In this document: positions 27,571 through 37,424 of the stretch, one piece after another
Numbering within the stretch: position 1 is the first letter of the stretch
Layout of the letters: each line of letters begins with the position of its first letter
Notes under the pieces: generated by a model
The model's database searches: none
Told to the model about the DNA's origin: nothing
Seen by the model: only the letters and a program-made list of their open reading frames with translations
Position numbers and translations under genes: made by a program
NCBI GenBank assembly: GCA_964007735.1
Contig: CAXGAI010000014.1
Coordinates: 62,001 to 111,982 of the forward strand
DNA from: an uncultured Rhodopirellula sp.
GTDB taxonomy: Bacteria; Planctomycetota; Planctomycetia; Pirellulales; Pirellulaceae
DNA length: 49,982 nt
Direction of reading: 5' to 3'

Positions 27571-29139
27571 CTATTTCGTTTTGGGTGTCCAGACGGGGTT
27601 TGCTATGGCTTCGAGAAATCCCTGGTTAGTCGGTTTTAATTTCCATAGGTCGATTTGTTTGATCCTTGTTGGGGCACCGATAGTGAAGGCATGGATATTT
27701 GCGTGTTCGCGATATTTGGGGTAGGCAGTAATCAAGGCCTGCCGATCGTTTATGAATACCTCCACCACGTATTTGTCGATGAAAATAGTGAGTTCGATGT
27801 CTTCGTCTACAGGTAAAGTGGACAAATCAAACGGAGCCTCCAGGTTTCCAAGTCGAACGGTTCCGGTTTCAGGACGAAAGAGGAAAGGCAGGCCTTGTCC
27901 TTTTCCGTCAGAAAACAAGGTGACCCCAAATAACTTGCGGTTCGCCTCTTTACGTTCAATCTGTATTTTTATTTCGTATGAGGATCCATCGAGATCAGCC
28001 AGTTTCTTCCCGGAAGTTCCTCCTTCGGATCGGATTTCCGTGGAGAGTTCATTGAGATTAATATCTTTCAAGCGGACGTGCTGGTGCCGCAAAGACTTTA
28101 GTTCTGTAAGGGGGCTGATGCGTAGCATGTTGTCCGACGCGAGGCGTAGTTCCCGTGGCAGCGACTGAATGGATTTCAAACTCATGTTTCCGTCATTGCG
28201 ATCAAGTGTGGCACACCATGCCCACATTACCCGTCGCCCGTCACCTGTTAGAAGGGTTTCAGGAGCAAAAAGGTCAACACGCCATGGCGGTTGCCCCCAG
28301 ATACTTTGGTTTTCACGTCGCCAGTTCATCCGCCCGTGATACTCTGGTACGAATTGCTCAGCCTCTGAATTCCATTGCCCGACATAATAACGACAGCCCA
28401 CCATGTGACTAATACATAAGAGCACCCACTTGTCGCCAAGTCGAAAGAAGTTGGCGCAGGAAATATCCTCGCCTTTGGTAACGTCAGGTAACTGATGACT
28501 GATAAAGTCCCCGACGTACTCCCACGTTTTGAGGTCTTTAGACTTTAACAGTGGAGGGCTTTCGTCACCTGAAATGGCATAGTAAGTATCGTCAATAAGG
28601 AAACAATCCGGATCCCAGTGTTTAATTTGCATTGGGTTCCCCTTGGGATCTCTGACATCAAGCGGGTAGGGTGTTTCCCACCGTGATAAGGCATTATTCT
28701 GAGCCACCGAAATCTGGTTCAGGCCGGAGCCAGCACCGTGATAAATGGCTGCGGGTTTCCCCTCTTTAGTAAGGAAACCGGTGCCACTATACATGCCATG
28801 TCCGGTAAAGGCAGGTTGAAGTTTAGTGGTGTTCCAATTCCAATGCAGCATGTCATCGCTGGTCACGTGTACATAACTGAACGATTTTCCGCCCTTCCAT
28901 GGATGAGAAATAATGTAATGAAGATGATAGACCCCATCGAGATAAAAGGCGACATTCGGATCTCCCGGAGCACTGTCACCACCGGGGTGCATAAGGTGAT
29001 AATTTAGTATTTGTTCAGGATCACCGAAGTTCGAAGTTTCGTCGCCACTCACTCGTCTTGGGTCAGCAAGATTCAGGGCAATCAGAGGTATTACAGCCAA
29101 GGTTAGAAGGCGTTTATATTTGGTTGATAAGAGTTTCAT
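27571..29139 (-). CDS. GH32-like glycoside hydrolase (5-bladed propeller plus beta-sandwich)
   Basis: GDPN...YHLHY, YSGTG, WDPD, GRRVMWAW, QSLPREL, IFIDKYVVEVFIND. Likely start is ATG 29139 (track: 29253). Confidence 0.85.
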   Translation of the reverse strand: MKLLSTKYKRLLTLAVIPLIALNLADPRRVSGDETSNFGDPEQILNYHLMHPGGDSAPGDPNVAFYLDGVYHLHYIISHPWKGGKSFSYVHVTSDDMLHWNWNTTKLQPAFTGHGMYSGTGFLTKEGKPAAIYHGAGSGLNQISVAQNNALSRWETPYPLDVRDPKGNPMQIKHWDPDCFLIDDTYYAISGDESPPLLKSKDLKTWEYVGDFISHQLPDVTKGEDISCANFFRLGDKWVLLCISHMVGCRYYVGQWNSEAEQFVPEYHGRMNWRRENQSIWGQPPWRVDLFAPETLLTGDGRRVMWAWCATLDRNDGNMSLKSIQSLPRELRLASDNMLRISPLTELKSLRHQHVRLKDINLNELSTEIRSEGGTSGKKLADLDGSSYEIKIQIERKEANRKLFGVTLFSDGKGQGLPFLFRPETGTVRLGNLEAPFDLSTLPVDEDIELTIFIDKYVVEVFINDRQALITAYPKYREHANIHAFTIGAPTRIKQIDLWKLKPTNQGFLEAIANPVWTPKTK

Positions 29140-29283
29140 GATTAGTGCAGTCTTGATTTCAACAGAGTCTTGATCTGAAGTTCGCTTTTGCCATATAAGC
29201 CAACATAGTAATGGGCGGATCATATTTCTTGAAAAGCTCACGTAGCAGCTCAAGGCTACTTCGCTTTGACCCGTATTTTATTA

Positions 29284-29292
29284 ATTATAACA
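29284..29292 (-). promoter_or_regulatory. Extended -10 element for the GH32-like gene
   Basis: The minus strand reads TGTTATAAT in an AT-rich patch. Confidence 0.45.
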
Positions 29293-29631
29293 ATTCACTT
29301 TAGCCAAACGGTCTGAAAGTGTTCACACGGATTCATAGCGTCATGCGATATGAATTGATTGCCACCAGACACATGTGTTTGAGGTCAGTCGGCGACTTTA
29401 TCAGAATGGAGGCAGTGATGAAATGGAGCGCATTGGCTGTGCTTTATGAGTCCACTGTTTTAGCTTTCTATGCGACTAGTCTGCGTTTTCCGCTGAAATA
29501 TCTTATTGATTATCAAAGTTAGTAGGTCCTTCCTTGCTAGAGAGGGGCCTCTGGATGGGACAGGGGAGGGAATTTGTGGCGCTAATGAATCATGACTATC
29601 CAGAGTATATGAATGATGAAATTAGGGCACC

Positions 29632-30744
29632 TTAATTAATGGTATTTCCCAGTTCTTCAAGAACGGTCAGGATAGGTTTGGGTATGGTGCCATCCGAATC
29701 AACTGGCACGTCCAGCGTAATCGCTCCCCCCTGCGAATTGATTGTGTTCACCCGGTCTGAAAGGAGATCGATCTCAAATCGTGGTTCCGTGCCTGCCCCC
29801 CAGCCATCACTTAAAGGCAAAAGAAGGTGCCAAACAAGTTCGGGTGGACACGGGAAGTTCTTGGGCGTTAGGGGCTTACCCACGCCTTTTTTTAGCCTCT
29901 GGTGAAAACCATGATTTTCACCAGAGGTAAACGTCTGGTGAGGGCATAACTTACCATTGGTGCAAAGTGACAGGATGGGATGGGCGCCGGCGTTGAAGGC
30001 CAGTTCGGCCTTTGGATTACCAGACCGAACGGCTTTGATCCAGGTGTCGATGTTGTACTGTTCCTTGTTTAGCGACTCGTACGCATCTCGCATTTCTGTC
30101 TTGTAACCGTCAAACCACCAACCCGACACCAATGCTCCGTAACGCGTTGACCATTCTCCACATACATCAGCCCAATTCTTAAGGAAGATGGGATTAGGCG
30201 GTTGATTTTCACTTCGTAAAAAACCTTTAATGTTACGTGGGTGTGACATGGGATTAATGTTAGGCCCGGCGGGCTTCCCATTAATGCTGGGGAGTGTATC
30301 ACCCATCCGTTTAATTATCTGATAATGTCGCATCGGCGCACGAGCCGTCATGTAAAGAATGAGCTTGATGTCCCGCTTCGCCAATTCTTCCCCGAGCTCC
30401 ATAATCAAATCACGTTTGGCTGTCCAAACCCCATTATCCACGCCAAGCAACTGTTCGTAGGCACGATTAGGCGCACAGTATTTCCCCCAGTGCTGACCGA
30501 TGACAAAGATGATGTGATTGGCTTTAACCGTTTCGATTGCATTGGAGAATCGGGATACATCGAAAGAATCGATCGCCTTATTATAAGAGTCAGGGGTATG
30601 GTTCTTGAAAGCCTCGTAATGGAACATTAGGCCGAATCCGTCTTCTTCCAACCAACGCTCTTGCGCAGTGACCGACGAATTTAAAACGAAAAACAGCACA
30701 AGGAATAGTAGTCGCGTCGATAATGTGTTTACATTGCGTTCCAT
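29632..30744 (-). CDS. Distant alpha-L-fucosidase (GH29-like) TIM-barrel hydrolase
   Basis: Signal peptide; FGLMFHY, RDLIMELGEEL.KRDIKLILY, RYG..VSGWWFDG, ITLDVP..DGTI. Confidence 0.7.
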   Translation of the reverse strand: MERNVNTLSTRLLFLVLFFVLNSSVTAQERWLEEDGFGLMFHYEAFKNHTPDSYNKAIDSFDVSRFSNAIETVKANHIIFVIGQHWGKYCAPNRAYEQLLGVDNGVWTAKRDLIMELGEELAKRDIKLILYMTARAPMRHYQIIKRMGDTLPSINGKPAGPNINPMSHPRNIKGFLRSENQPPNPIFLKNWADVCGEWSTRYGALVSGWWFDGYKTEMRDAYESLNKEQYNIDTWIKAVRSGNPKAELAFNAGAHPILSLCTNGKLCPHQTFTSGENHGFHQRLKKGVGKPLTPKNFPCPPELVWHLLLPLSDGWGAGTEPRFEIDLLSDRVNTINSQGGAITLDVPVDSDGTIPKPILTVLEELGNTIN

Positions 30745-31287
30745 TGTTTAAGCCCTTTATTTCAAGCGATTCCCTGAGCGTTGTCGATTTATTATACGCC
30801 ACCGTATGTTTTGGAATATTTAGAAACGTGTAGATATTACACAGGTTCATAATGGTTCGGGATGCTTCTAAGCCGGTAGTCTTCTGCCCCTATCTTTGCC
30901 GTAGAATTTGAATTTCTTATCTCGCCTATTGACGTCGGGAAATTAGAAAAGTAATAGCCCATCTTTCGCCGGTATAGCAAATCCAATAGACTTGAAGCTA
31001 AGGCGGATTAGCGATGAAACCACGTTGCAATGCAATGGTTATTCATTACTTATCATTAAGCAAAGTAAAGAGTCGAATGCTCTCGCCTACCGCCTATTTT
31101 CAAACGCTCTCAAATCCCGCTCTCACGGGCGAGGGGATCCTGTATCAAAGGCTTTCTCCTCTTAACAGGGGGTTAACCAAAGATACCGTCCCCGAACACT
31201 GTAATCGGATCTTTTTTCGAATAGGGAGCGTTTCACGTAGAAGTGCCCCGGAATCCGTTTCTAAATTCCTTCCGGAGTTGGCAAGTA

Positions 31288-32136
31288 ATGGTTAACCGAT
31301 CATTCAAGCAGGAAACTCGATTCATTGTTTTCACCGATCTTGATGCGACGTTGTTGGACAAACACTCATATGATTGGGCCCACGCCACCCCCGCGCTTAA
31401 GATGTTGGAAAACAAAGGCGCGGAACTAGTTTTATCATCGAGTAAGACATTTTCCGAGCTTTGTTATTTTGCTGGAAAACTTGGTACGCAGGCACCTTTC
31501 ATTGGTGAGAACGGTGGTGTTCTCGCCATTCCAAATAGCCACCCAATCTCCAGGCAAATTCCTGACGAACCTAATCATCAAGGCTACAGGACTCTCACCA
31601 ATGGCTTAAGTAGGGATAGGATCCTCCTGGCTATAGCCACTTTGCGTGACGAGTTCGGTTTTCGATTACAAGGTTTTTCTGATTGGTCTGCTCTCGAATT
31701 AGGTCAGCTCACTGGTCTAAGCGTTGCACAAGCAGAAAGGGCACTTCGACGTCAGGTATCGGAACCGATTCTCTGGCAAGATAGCCCCAGCCAATTCGTC
31801 ATGTTTGAACGGGAAGTTGAACGCAGGGGCATGAAGGTAATTCGTGGCGGGCGATTTCTTCATCTGATGGGGCAAACAGATAAAGCCGATGCCATGAAAC
31901 AGCTGCTTGAGTACTACGAGGCCTCATTCCCGCAGGCAACTTTTACCACCATTGCATTGGGTGACAGCCAAAATGATGCAGGCATGATCACTCAGGCCGA
32001 TTTTGGTATTGTTATCCCAAATTCCAAACACTCTGAAACTTTGGTTCTGGAAGGGAGGGGGGAAATAATATATGCCCCTCAAGCCGGTCCTTCAGGCTGG
32101 AATTCGGTCGTTTCCGAGTTGTTTGAATCGCTCTAG
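31288..32136 (+). CDS. gpgP: HAD-IIB glucosyl/mannosyl-3-phosphoglycerate phosphatase
   Basis: FTDLDATLLD, SSSKT, ENGG, SEPILW, GGRFLH, DKADA, LGDSQND. Start placed at ATG 31288. Confidence 0.88.
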   Translation: MVNRSFKQETRFIVFTDLDATLLDKHSYDWAHATPALKMLENKGAELVLSSSKTFSELCYFAGKLGTQAPFIGENGGVLAIPNSHPISRQIPDEPNHQGYRTLTNGLSRDRILLAIATLRDEFGFRLQGFSDWSALELGQLTGLSVAQAERALRRQVSEPILWQDSPSQFVMFEREVERRGMKVIRGGRFLHLMGQTDKADAMKQLLEYYEASFPQATFTTIALGDSQNDAGMITQADFGIVIPNSKHSETLVLEGRGEIIYAPQAGPSGWNSVVSELFESL

Positions 32137-32162
32137 AATTTACTGTTGAAGGGTTTATTAAA

Positions 32163-35147
32163 TTGGCTGATTTTCATCAACATGGGGTAGTTACAACACT
32201 TCATAACCTGAATACTCGTCCGTTCGAATACCTTGAGGCTGAACTTTTACGGTTGAGCAAAGAATCCCCGATGGCTTTGGTGTTACCATCGCTATATTCA
32301 GAATTGCAATCCTCCGCTTTAACCGGAATTGTCGACGAACTCTGCAAAGTTTCTTACCTAGACCAAATTGTGGTTGGATTAGATAGAGCGACGGAGGATC
32401 AATTCAGACATACGCTTGAATATTTTGGCCGCCTACCACAAACACCAAATATACTCTGGAACGATGGCCCGAGACTGAAGGCCATTGACAAATTGCTTGA
32501 CTCTTATGGTTTAGCACCGATCCAAATGGGAAAAGGGAGAAATGTCTGGTATATGCTCGGTTATGTACTCGCCACCGGAAGAGCTAATTCCGTGGCGTTG
32601 CACGATTGCGATATAAAAAACTATCACCGATCGATGCTTGCAAGGCTGATTTATCCTGTCAGCAACGTGAACTTAAGCTACAAGTTTTGTAAAGGATTTT
32701 ATGCAAGAACCGCTGATAACCTTTTGCATGGACGCGTTTGTCGATTGCTCGTGACCCCTCTGGTGAGAGCGATGGAGACCGTTTGCGGAGCCAATCATTA
32801 TCTAAAATATCTCGACAGCTTTCGCTATGCATTGGCTGGTGAATTTGCGATGCAACGCGATGTTATCGAAAACATACGGATCCCATCCAATTGGGGGTTG
32901 GAAATGGGGATTCTATCAGAAATGTATCGTAATTATGCGACTAGTCAAATTTGCCAAGTAGACATTGCCGACTCATATGAGCACAAGCATCAGAATCTAT
33001 CGAGAGAGGATCGTACTTCAGGGTTGTCCCGGATGAGTATCGATATCGCAAACTCTCTATTTCGCAAAATGGCAACACAAGGGCATGTCTTTCAAGAAGA
33101 ACGTATTCGCACGATCAAAGCGGCCTATTACCGCATTGCACTCGATCTCGTCGAGTCACATAGCAACGATGCAACGATCAATGGGCTAACGTATGACAGA
33201 CATACCGAAATAAACGCCATTGAGATGTTTGCCGAAAACATTATGGAAGCGGGGAATATTTTCCTCAAGCAAACAATGGATCCCCCGTTTACCCCAAGCT
33301 GGAAACGAGTTGTATCCGCCATTCCTGACATTTTTGAGATGCTGGCTGAGGCGGTCGAAGCTGATGATGAAGAATTTTCAATGCCAAAAACCATTGCCGC
33401 TCGTTCTCGAGGAAAATCTAATCGGTTGCGAGCATTAATCCACTTGCACGTCGCAGAAATTTATGGGGAAGCGGAGGCAGAAACACTGACAAGCCGTTTG
33501 CTAAATGAGTCCGGCTTAAAGGGCTATAGCCGCACCAGCGCCCCATTGAAAAATAAATGGGATGAAAAAGACGCGGTGCTCATTACTTATGGTGACTCGA
33601 TCGTCAGTGATCAGCAGAGGCCTCTAAAAACGCTAAGCAAATTTGTTGCGCAAAACTTAATCGACACTTTCTCAACCGTACACGTCCTTCCTTTCTTCCC
33701 TTATAGTTCCGATGACGGTTTCTCTATATCGGACTACAAATCAGTAAACCCGGAACTTGGTAGTTGGGAAGACATTTTGTCGATAGGTAAAGACTTCAAG
33801 CTCATGTCCGATCTTGTTTTAAATCATTGCTCAAGCCAACACCGCTGGTTTAAGAACTTCCTTCGCCAAGTTTCCCCTGGCGTTGATTATTTCATCGAAT
33901 CTACTTCGCGAACCGATTTGTCCAATGTTGTGAGACCACGCTCGACACCTTTGTTCACAGCATTTGAAACAGCTGATGGCGAACGATCTGTTTGGTGTAC
34001 ATTTGGACCGGATCAGATTGATTTGGATTACTCGAACCCAGAGGTGTTATTTGAAATTATCAACATCATTAAGTCGCATGTCGAAAAAGGGATTCGTCTA
34101 TTTCGCTTAGATGCAGTTGCGTATCTTTGGAAAGAGTCAGGAACCAATTGTGTACATCTAAAGAAGACCCATGAAATCATTAAACTTCTACGATTGCTAA
34201 TTGAGAATCTTGCAGAGGACTCGGTCATCATTACCGAGACCAATGTTCCGAACCGTGAAAATCTTGCCTATTTTGGGAACGACAATGAAGCACATCTGAT
34301 TTATAACTTTTCGCTGCCGCCGCTTTTGATACACGCTCTGTTAAGTGGTGATTGCACCCATCTTAAAACATGGATGATGTCCATGCCCCCCGCTCGCACC
34401 GGTCGCGCATACTTCAACTTCCTTGCCTCTCACGATGGGATTGGGGTTCGGCCGACAGAGGGTTTGTTGACAGAGAATGAGTTGGAGGAAATGCTTGATA
34501 CCATGCGATCATTCGGCGGCAGTATTTCAACACGTACAATGCCCGACGGTCGGGATGTCCCTTACGAAATTAACATTTCACTTTATGATGCCTTGCGTGG
34601 AACGATTCAAGAGGGAACCGATGAATTTCAGGTCGAGCGTTTTATCTGTGCTCACACGATCGTCCTGGCACTGGAGGGGATCCCCGGAATCTATATCCAT
34701 AGTATGTTAGCGACTGAAAACGATCATCAACTCGTAAAAGCCACGGGGCGGGCGCGCTCAATCAATCGACATAGTTGGAGCGAAACGGAACTGCTTGGTA
34801 ATCTAGAAAACGCTGATAGCCATCACGCCAAAGTTTTTAATGAAATGCGAAGAAGAATTAAAATTCGCTCTCAGCAAAAAGCTTTTCACCCAAATGCCAC
34901 ACAATACACGCTTCACTTCGACCCTGGCGTATTCGCATTTTGGCGAGAAAGTCCGGATCGCCATCAGAATGTGTTCGCGATTCACAATATCACGAATCAG
35001 ATGCAACAAGTTCCGCTCACCGAGTTGAATTTGATTGCCACAGAAGTATGGACCGATGCTCTCTCAGGGAAGCTTTACGATGATTTGGATGAAGTAGTCG
35101 AAATTCCACCTTATGGAGCGATTTGGATCACGAACTCGAGGAAATAA
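32163..35147 (+). CDS. gpgS: Fusion of glucosyl-3-phosphoglycerate synthase (aa ~1-405) and a GH13_18 glucosylglycerate-phosphorylase-type domain (aa ~420-994)
   Basis: N half: MADFHQ.G..TTLHNL, GKGRNVW, HDCDI, GRVCRL, YALAGEF, WGLE, YEHKHQ. C half: LITYGD, SSDDGF, DLVLNH, WCTF, RLDAV, ETNVP, SHDGIG, YEIN. Confidence 0.9.
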   Translation: MADFHQHGVVTTLHNLNTRPFEYLEAELLRLSKESPMALVLPSLYSELQSSALTGIVDELCKVSYLDQIVVGLDRATEDQFRHTLEYFGRLPQTPNILWNDGPRLKAIDKLLDSYGLAPIQMGKGRNVWYMLGYVLATGRANSVALHDCDIKNYHRSMLARLIYPVSNVNLSYKFCKGFYARTADNLLHGRVCRLLVTPLVRAMETVCGANHYLKYLDSFRYALAGEFAMQRDVIENIRIPSNWGLEMGILSEMYRNYATSQICQVDIADSYEHKHQNLSREDRTSGLSRMSIDIANSLFRKMATQGHVFQEERIRTIKAAYYRIALDLVESHSNDATINGLTYDRHTEINAIEMFAENIMEAGNIFLKQTMDPPFTPSWKRVVSAIPDIFEMLAEAVEADDEEFSMPKTIAARSRGKSNRLRALIHLHVAEIYGEAEAETLTSRLLNESGLKGYSRTSAPLKNKWDEKDAVLITYGDSIVSDQQRPLKTLSKFVAQNLIDTFSTVHVLPFFPYSSDDGFSISDYKSVNPELGSWEDILSIGKDFKLMSDLVLNHCSSQHRWFKNFLRQVSPGVDYFIESTSRTDLSNVVRPRSTPLFTAFETADGERSVWCTFGPDQIDLDYSNPEVLFEIINIIKSHVEKGIRLFRLDAVAYLWKESGTNCVHLKKTHEIIKLLRLLIENLAEDSVIITETNVPNRENLAYFGNDNEAHLIYNFSLPPLLIHALLSGDCTHLKTWMMSMPPARTGRAYFNFLASHDGIGVRPTEGLLTENELEEMLDTMRSFGGSISTRTMPDGRDVPYEINISLYDALRGTIQEGTDEFQVERFICAHTIVLALEGIPGIYIHSMLATENDHQLVKATGRARSINRHSWSETELLGNLENADSHHAKVFNEMRRRIKIRSQQKAFHPNATQYTLHFDPGVFAFWRESPDRHQNVFAIHNITNQMQQVPLTELNLIATEVWTDALSGKLYDDLDEVVEIPPYGAIWITNSRK

Positions 35148-35293
35148 TTGGAACTTCGTGTGGGAGTAGGGAGCTTGCTCGGATCTCAGACACACGCATG
35201 CGATGGGATGAGTTTGGTAAGCTGGTGGAATGTGGCTTCGACGAGGTCACGTTTGAAATGGTACCTATAGAAAGACGTGTGGAAGTTATTTTA

Positions 35294-36244
35294 ATGAAGA
35301 CTTGCCATCAACCTGATCTCAAAACCGAAATGCGGAGGCACTTATTAGGTGCCGGCTCGGGTAACCCCTCGGGCTTGCATTCGAAACCGGCGCTTCCCAG
35401 GGTACGTTGGCGGAAAATTATAGCATTTTATTTAATCGTTTGGACTGTATTGGTGGCCACGTCGGCATTCTCCGCGATAGCGTCTGCGATTGAAAGAACT
35501 GCTGCCGAACCACCTAAGGGAAATCAAGCAACCCATTTTATAGACCGGCAAACAAAACGGGCTCTGCCGGAGCCTCCCGGGACGGTGCTTTTTGTAGGAA
35601 ACAGCTTTACCTTTTGGCACGAAGGGCTCTGGACGCACATGGGCAACCTCACCGCCGCTCGCGGAAGAGACCGGGGCGCAGAGACCTCGCGAGTCGTTCG
35701 TGGTGGTGCCTCTTTGCGAGTACTTTGGAAGCGGACCAAGGCGAAGCAGGTGATTGCCGAGGGGAATTATGACATTGTAGTGCTTCAAGAAGACCTACCT
35801 GAGACGAAGGTCTCGGACTTCCATAAGTACGCCGCGTTATTTGATGAACAGGCACGCGAGGCGGGTTCGCGGCTCATCTTCTTCATGAGTTGGGACTATC
35901 AGCGGCTCAACTGGATCTCCATGGACGAGATCATCGCTGAACACAAACGCATGGCCCGCAAACTCGACGTCGAGGTCGCGCCTTGCGGATACGCGTGGCA
36001 GCGCGCCATGCAGGAGCGTCCTAAGGTCGAGTTTTACAGTCGGGACCGCGAGCATCAGAGCTGGTACGGCACGATTCTCAATCTCTACGTTATTTACTCG
36101 ACGATCTACGGGGAAAGTCCGGAGGCTCTCAAGTTCTCTCCTCCGAAGAATTCCCAGATTACGGCTGAGGAAGATGCCTGGCTGCGGCGAGTCGCCTGGA
36201 AGTCAGTCCAATCCTGGCAACAGCAGATGAAGGAAGGCTCTTAA
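35294..36244 (+). CDS. SGNH/GDSL hydrolase (DUF4886-like), exported
   Basis: VLFVGNSFT, YDIVVLQE, DREHQS (DxxH). The start is uncertain (35294 or 35330); the track's 35123 extension overlaps the upstream gene. Confidence 0.8.
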   Translation: MKTCHQPDLKTEMRRHLLGAGSGNPSGLHSKPALPRVRWRKIIAFYLIVWTVLVATSAFSAIASAIERTAAEPPKGNQATHFIDRQTKRALPEPPGTVLFVGNSFTFWHEGLWTHMGNLTAARGRDRGAETSRVVRGGASLRVLWKRTKAKQVIAEGNYDIVVLQEDLPETKVSDFHKYAALFDEQAREAGSRLIFFMSWDYQRLNWISMDEIIAEHKRMARKLDVEVAPCGYAWQRAMQERPKVEFYSRDREHQSWYGTILNLYVIYSTIYGESPEALKFSPPKNSQITAEEDAWLRRVAWKSVQSWQQQMKEGS

Positions 36245-36613
36245 TCATCATCCGCGTTGGCCTAGGCATACCAGGCGATGTTTCGCTCACCGTCCATGCG
36301 AGATAGCGAAACGCTACTCACCCCCACTCGTCTTGTCCAACTCACAACCTTTCGAGTTTAAGGAAAAATCTGTACTCGTACTTCGGCGGGCTAATGAAGC
36401 ACGGGGTGCCATAAAACAGGCCCCCCTCACAGATCCATCTTTTGCCTTCTGACACATTCATGCGGTAGTTGTTCTAGTTACAACACTCATGTTTTGTAGC
36501 AGTTTCGATACTATCTTCGCGATCGGGGAATACGGACAATGAGTAATGGCTAAGCTTTTCAACTGATTAATTTGTGATGCCTGATTAATTCATTCTGAAG
36601 CATAATTACCAAA

Positions 36614-37024
36614 TTGAAGGAGGTCGATTCTATGTCTGTTAGAGACAATGAGGATAACCAGAACCTAGTGAAATCCGTGGATTTGAGCCAGACTATGAAA
36701 TCAAGGGAGCGATCCTATCAACCGAAATGCCATCCGATCCATTGGATACTGCCGTTATTTGCCTACGGCTATGTTCCGTTGCTATTTATTCTTGGCCCAT
36801 TGATGGATGATGATGGCTTCGACCGCTACTACTTGTTTGTGTACTCTGGTGTGCTATTGCTATTCTTAATCCCGGTCTACTTAATAGCCCTTGTTTGGCT
36901 CACCAGACGTCGGCTCAAACAAGGGAACAACACGCCTGCACTGACACTGTTTCAAATCCTAGCTTTGATTCCACTGGTCATCTGGTTGTTTTTAGTTTTG
37001 ACTTTTAACGGGTCACCAGCATGA
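36614..37024 (+). CDS. Hypothetical three-TM membrane protein
   Basis: Three hydrophobic segments; AAGGAGG upstream of ATG 36632, the probable true start. Confidence 0.65.
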   Translation: MKEVDSMSVRDNEDNQNLVKSVDLSQTMKSRERSYQPKCHPIHWILPLFAYGYVPLLFILGPLMDDDGFDRYYLFVYSGVLLLFLIPVYLIALVWLTRRRLKQGNNTPALTLFQILALIPLVIWLFLVLTFNGSPA

Positions 37025-37039
37025 CCCAGAGGTTGCCCA

Positions 37040-37245
37040 ATGCATAAAACATTCCTAGCAATCATTTTGCCAATGTTTCTTATCGGTTGTGCTGAGGAAA
37101 AAGAACCTTTGGAAAATTCTTTTAATATCGGTGTCGGAGCCTTATCGGCAGGACTCTACCAAACTGCGGGCCCTGATTTCCGCAAAACACCTACTCCAAC
37201 TTATATCGCTTCATACTCCACCACAAGTTTGGCGGAGGTCTTAAG
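37040..37245 (+). pseudogene. Truncated TPR lipoprotein remnant
   Basis: Lipobox LIG-C, then one TPR-like unit (SFNIGVGALSAGLYQTA..DF); the frame runs into the antisense of the tRNA. Confidence 0.5.
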
Positions 37246-37319
37246 TAGCGAAGGAGGGACTCGAACCCCCGACACGCGGATTATGATTCCGCTGCTCTAA
37301 CCAGCTGAGCTACTTCGCC
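37246..37319 (-). tRNA. tRNA-Met (CAT), elongator type; CCA not encoded
   Basis: GGCGAAGTAGCTCAGCTGGTTAGAGCAGCGGAATCATAATCCGCGTGTCGGGGGTTCGAGTCCCTCCTTCGCTA folds into a cloverleaf; anticodon at 37283-37285. Confidence 0.96.
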
Positions 37320-37424
37320 ATCTAGGTTATTTGTTCGGCATTTACAGGGCGTTTCATCACTCGTTGGAACATCTTTCTGACTTCATTTTCATGAAGTGCA
37401 GCAAGACTGCAGCAAAAGTGGGTA

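Noticed and set aside
29506..29516. FNR box (TTGAT-T-ATCAA)
   Set aside because: The spacer is 1 bp rather than 4
31014..31295. 93-aa ORF upstream of gpgP
   Set aside because: No recognisable motif; it overlaps the gpgP start and probably lies in promoter/UTR sequence
35123..35293. N-terminal extension of the SGNH ORF
   Set aside because: It overlaps the end of the gpgS fusion, starts at TTG, and would bury the signal-like helix too deep
37040..37300. Intact 86-aa protein as given in the ORF track
   Set aside because: Its C-terminus (SSEGGTRTPDTRIMIPLL) is the antisense translation of tRNA-Met
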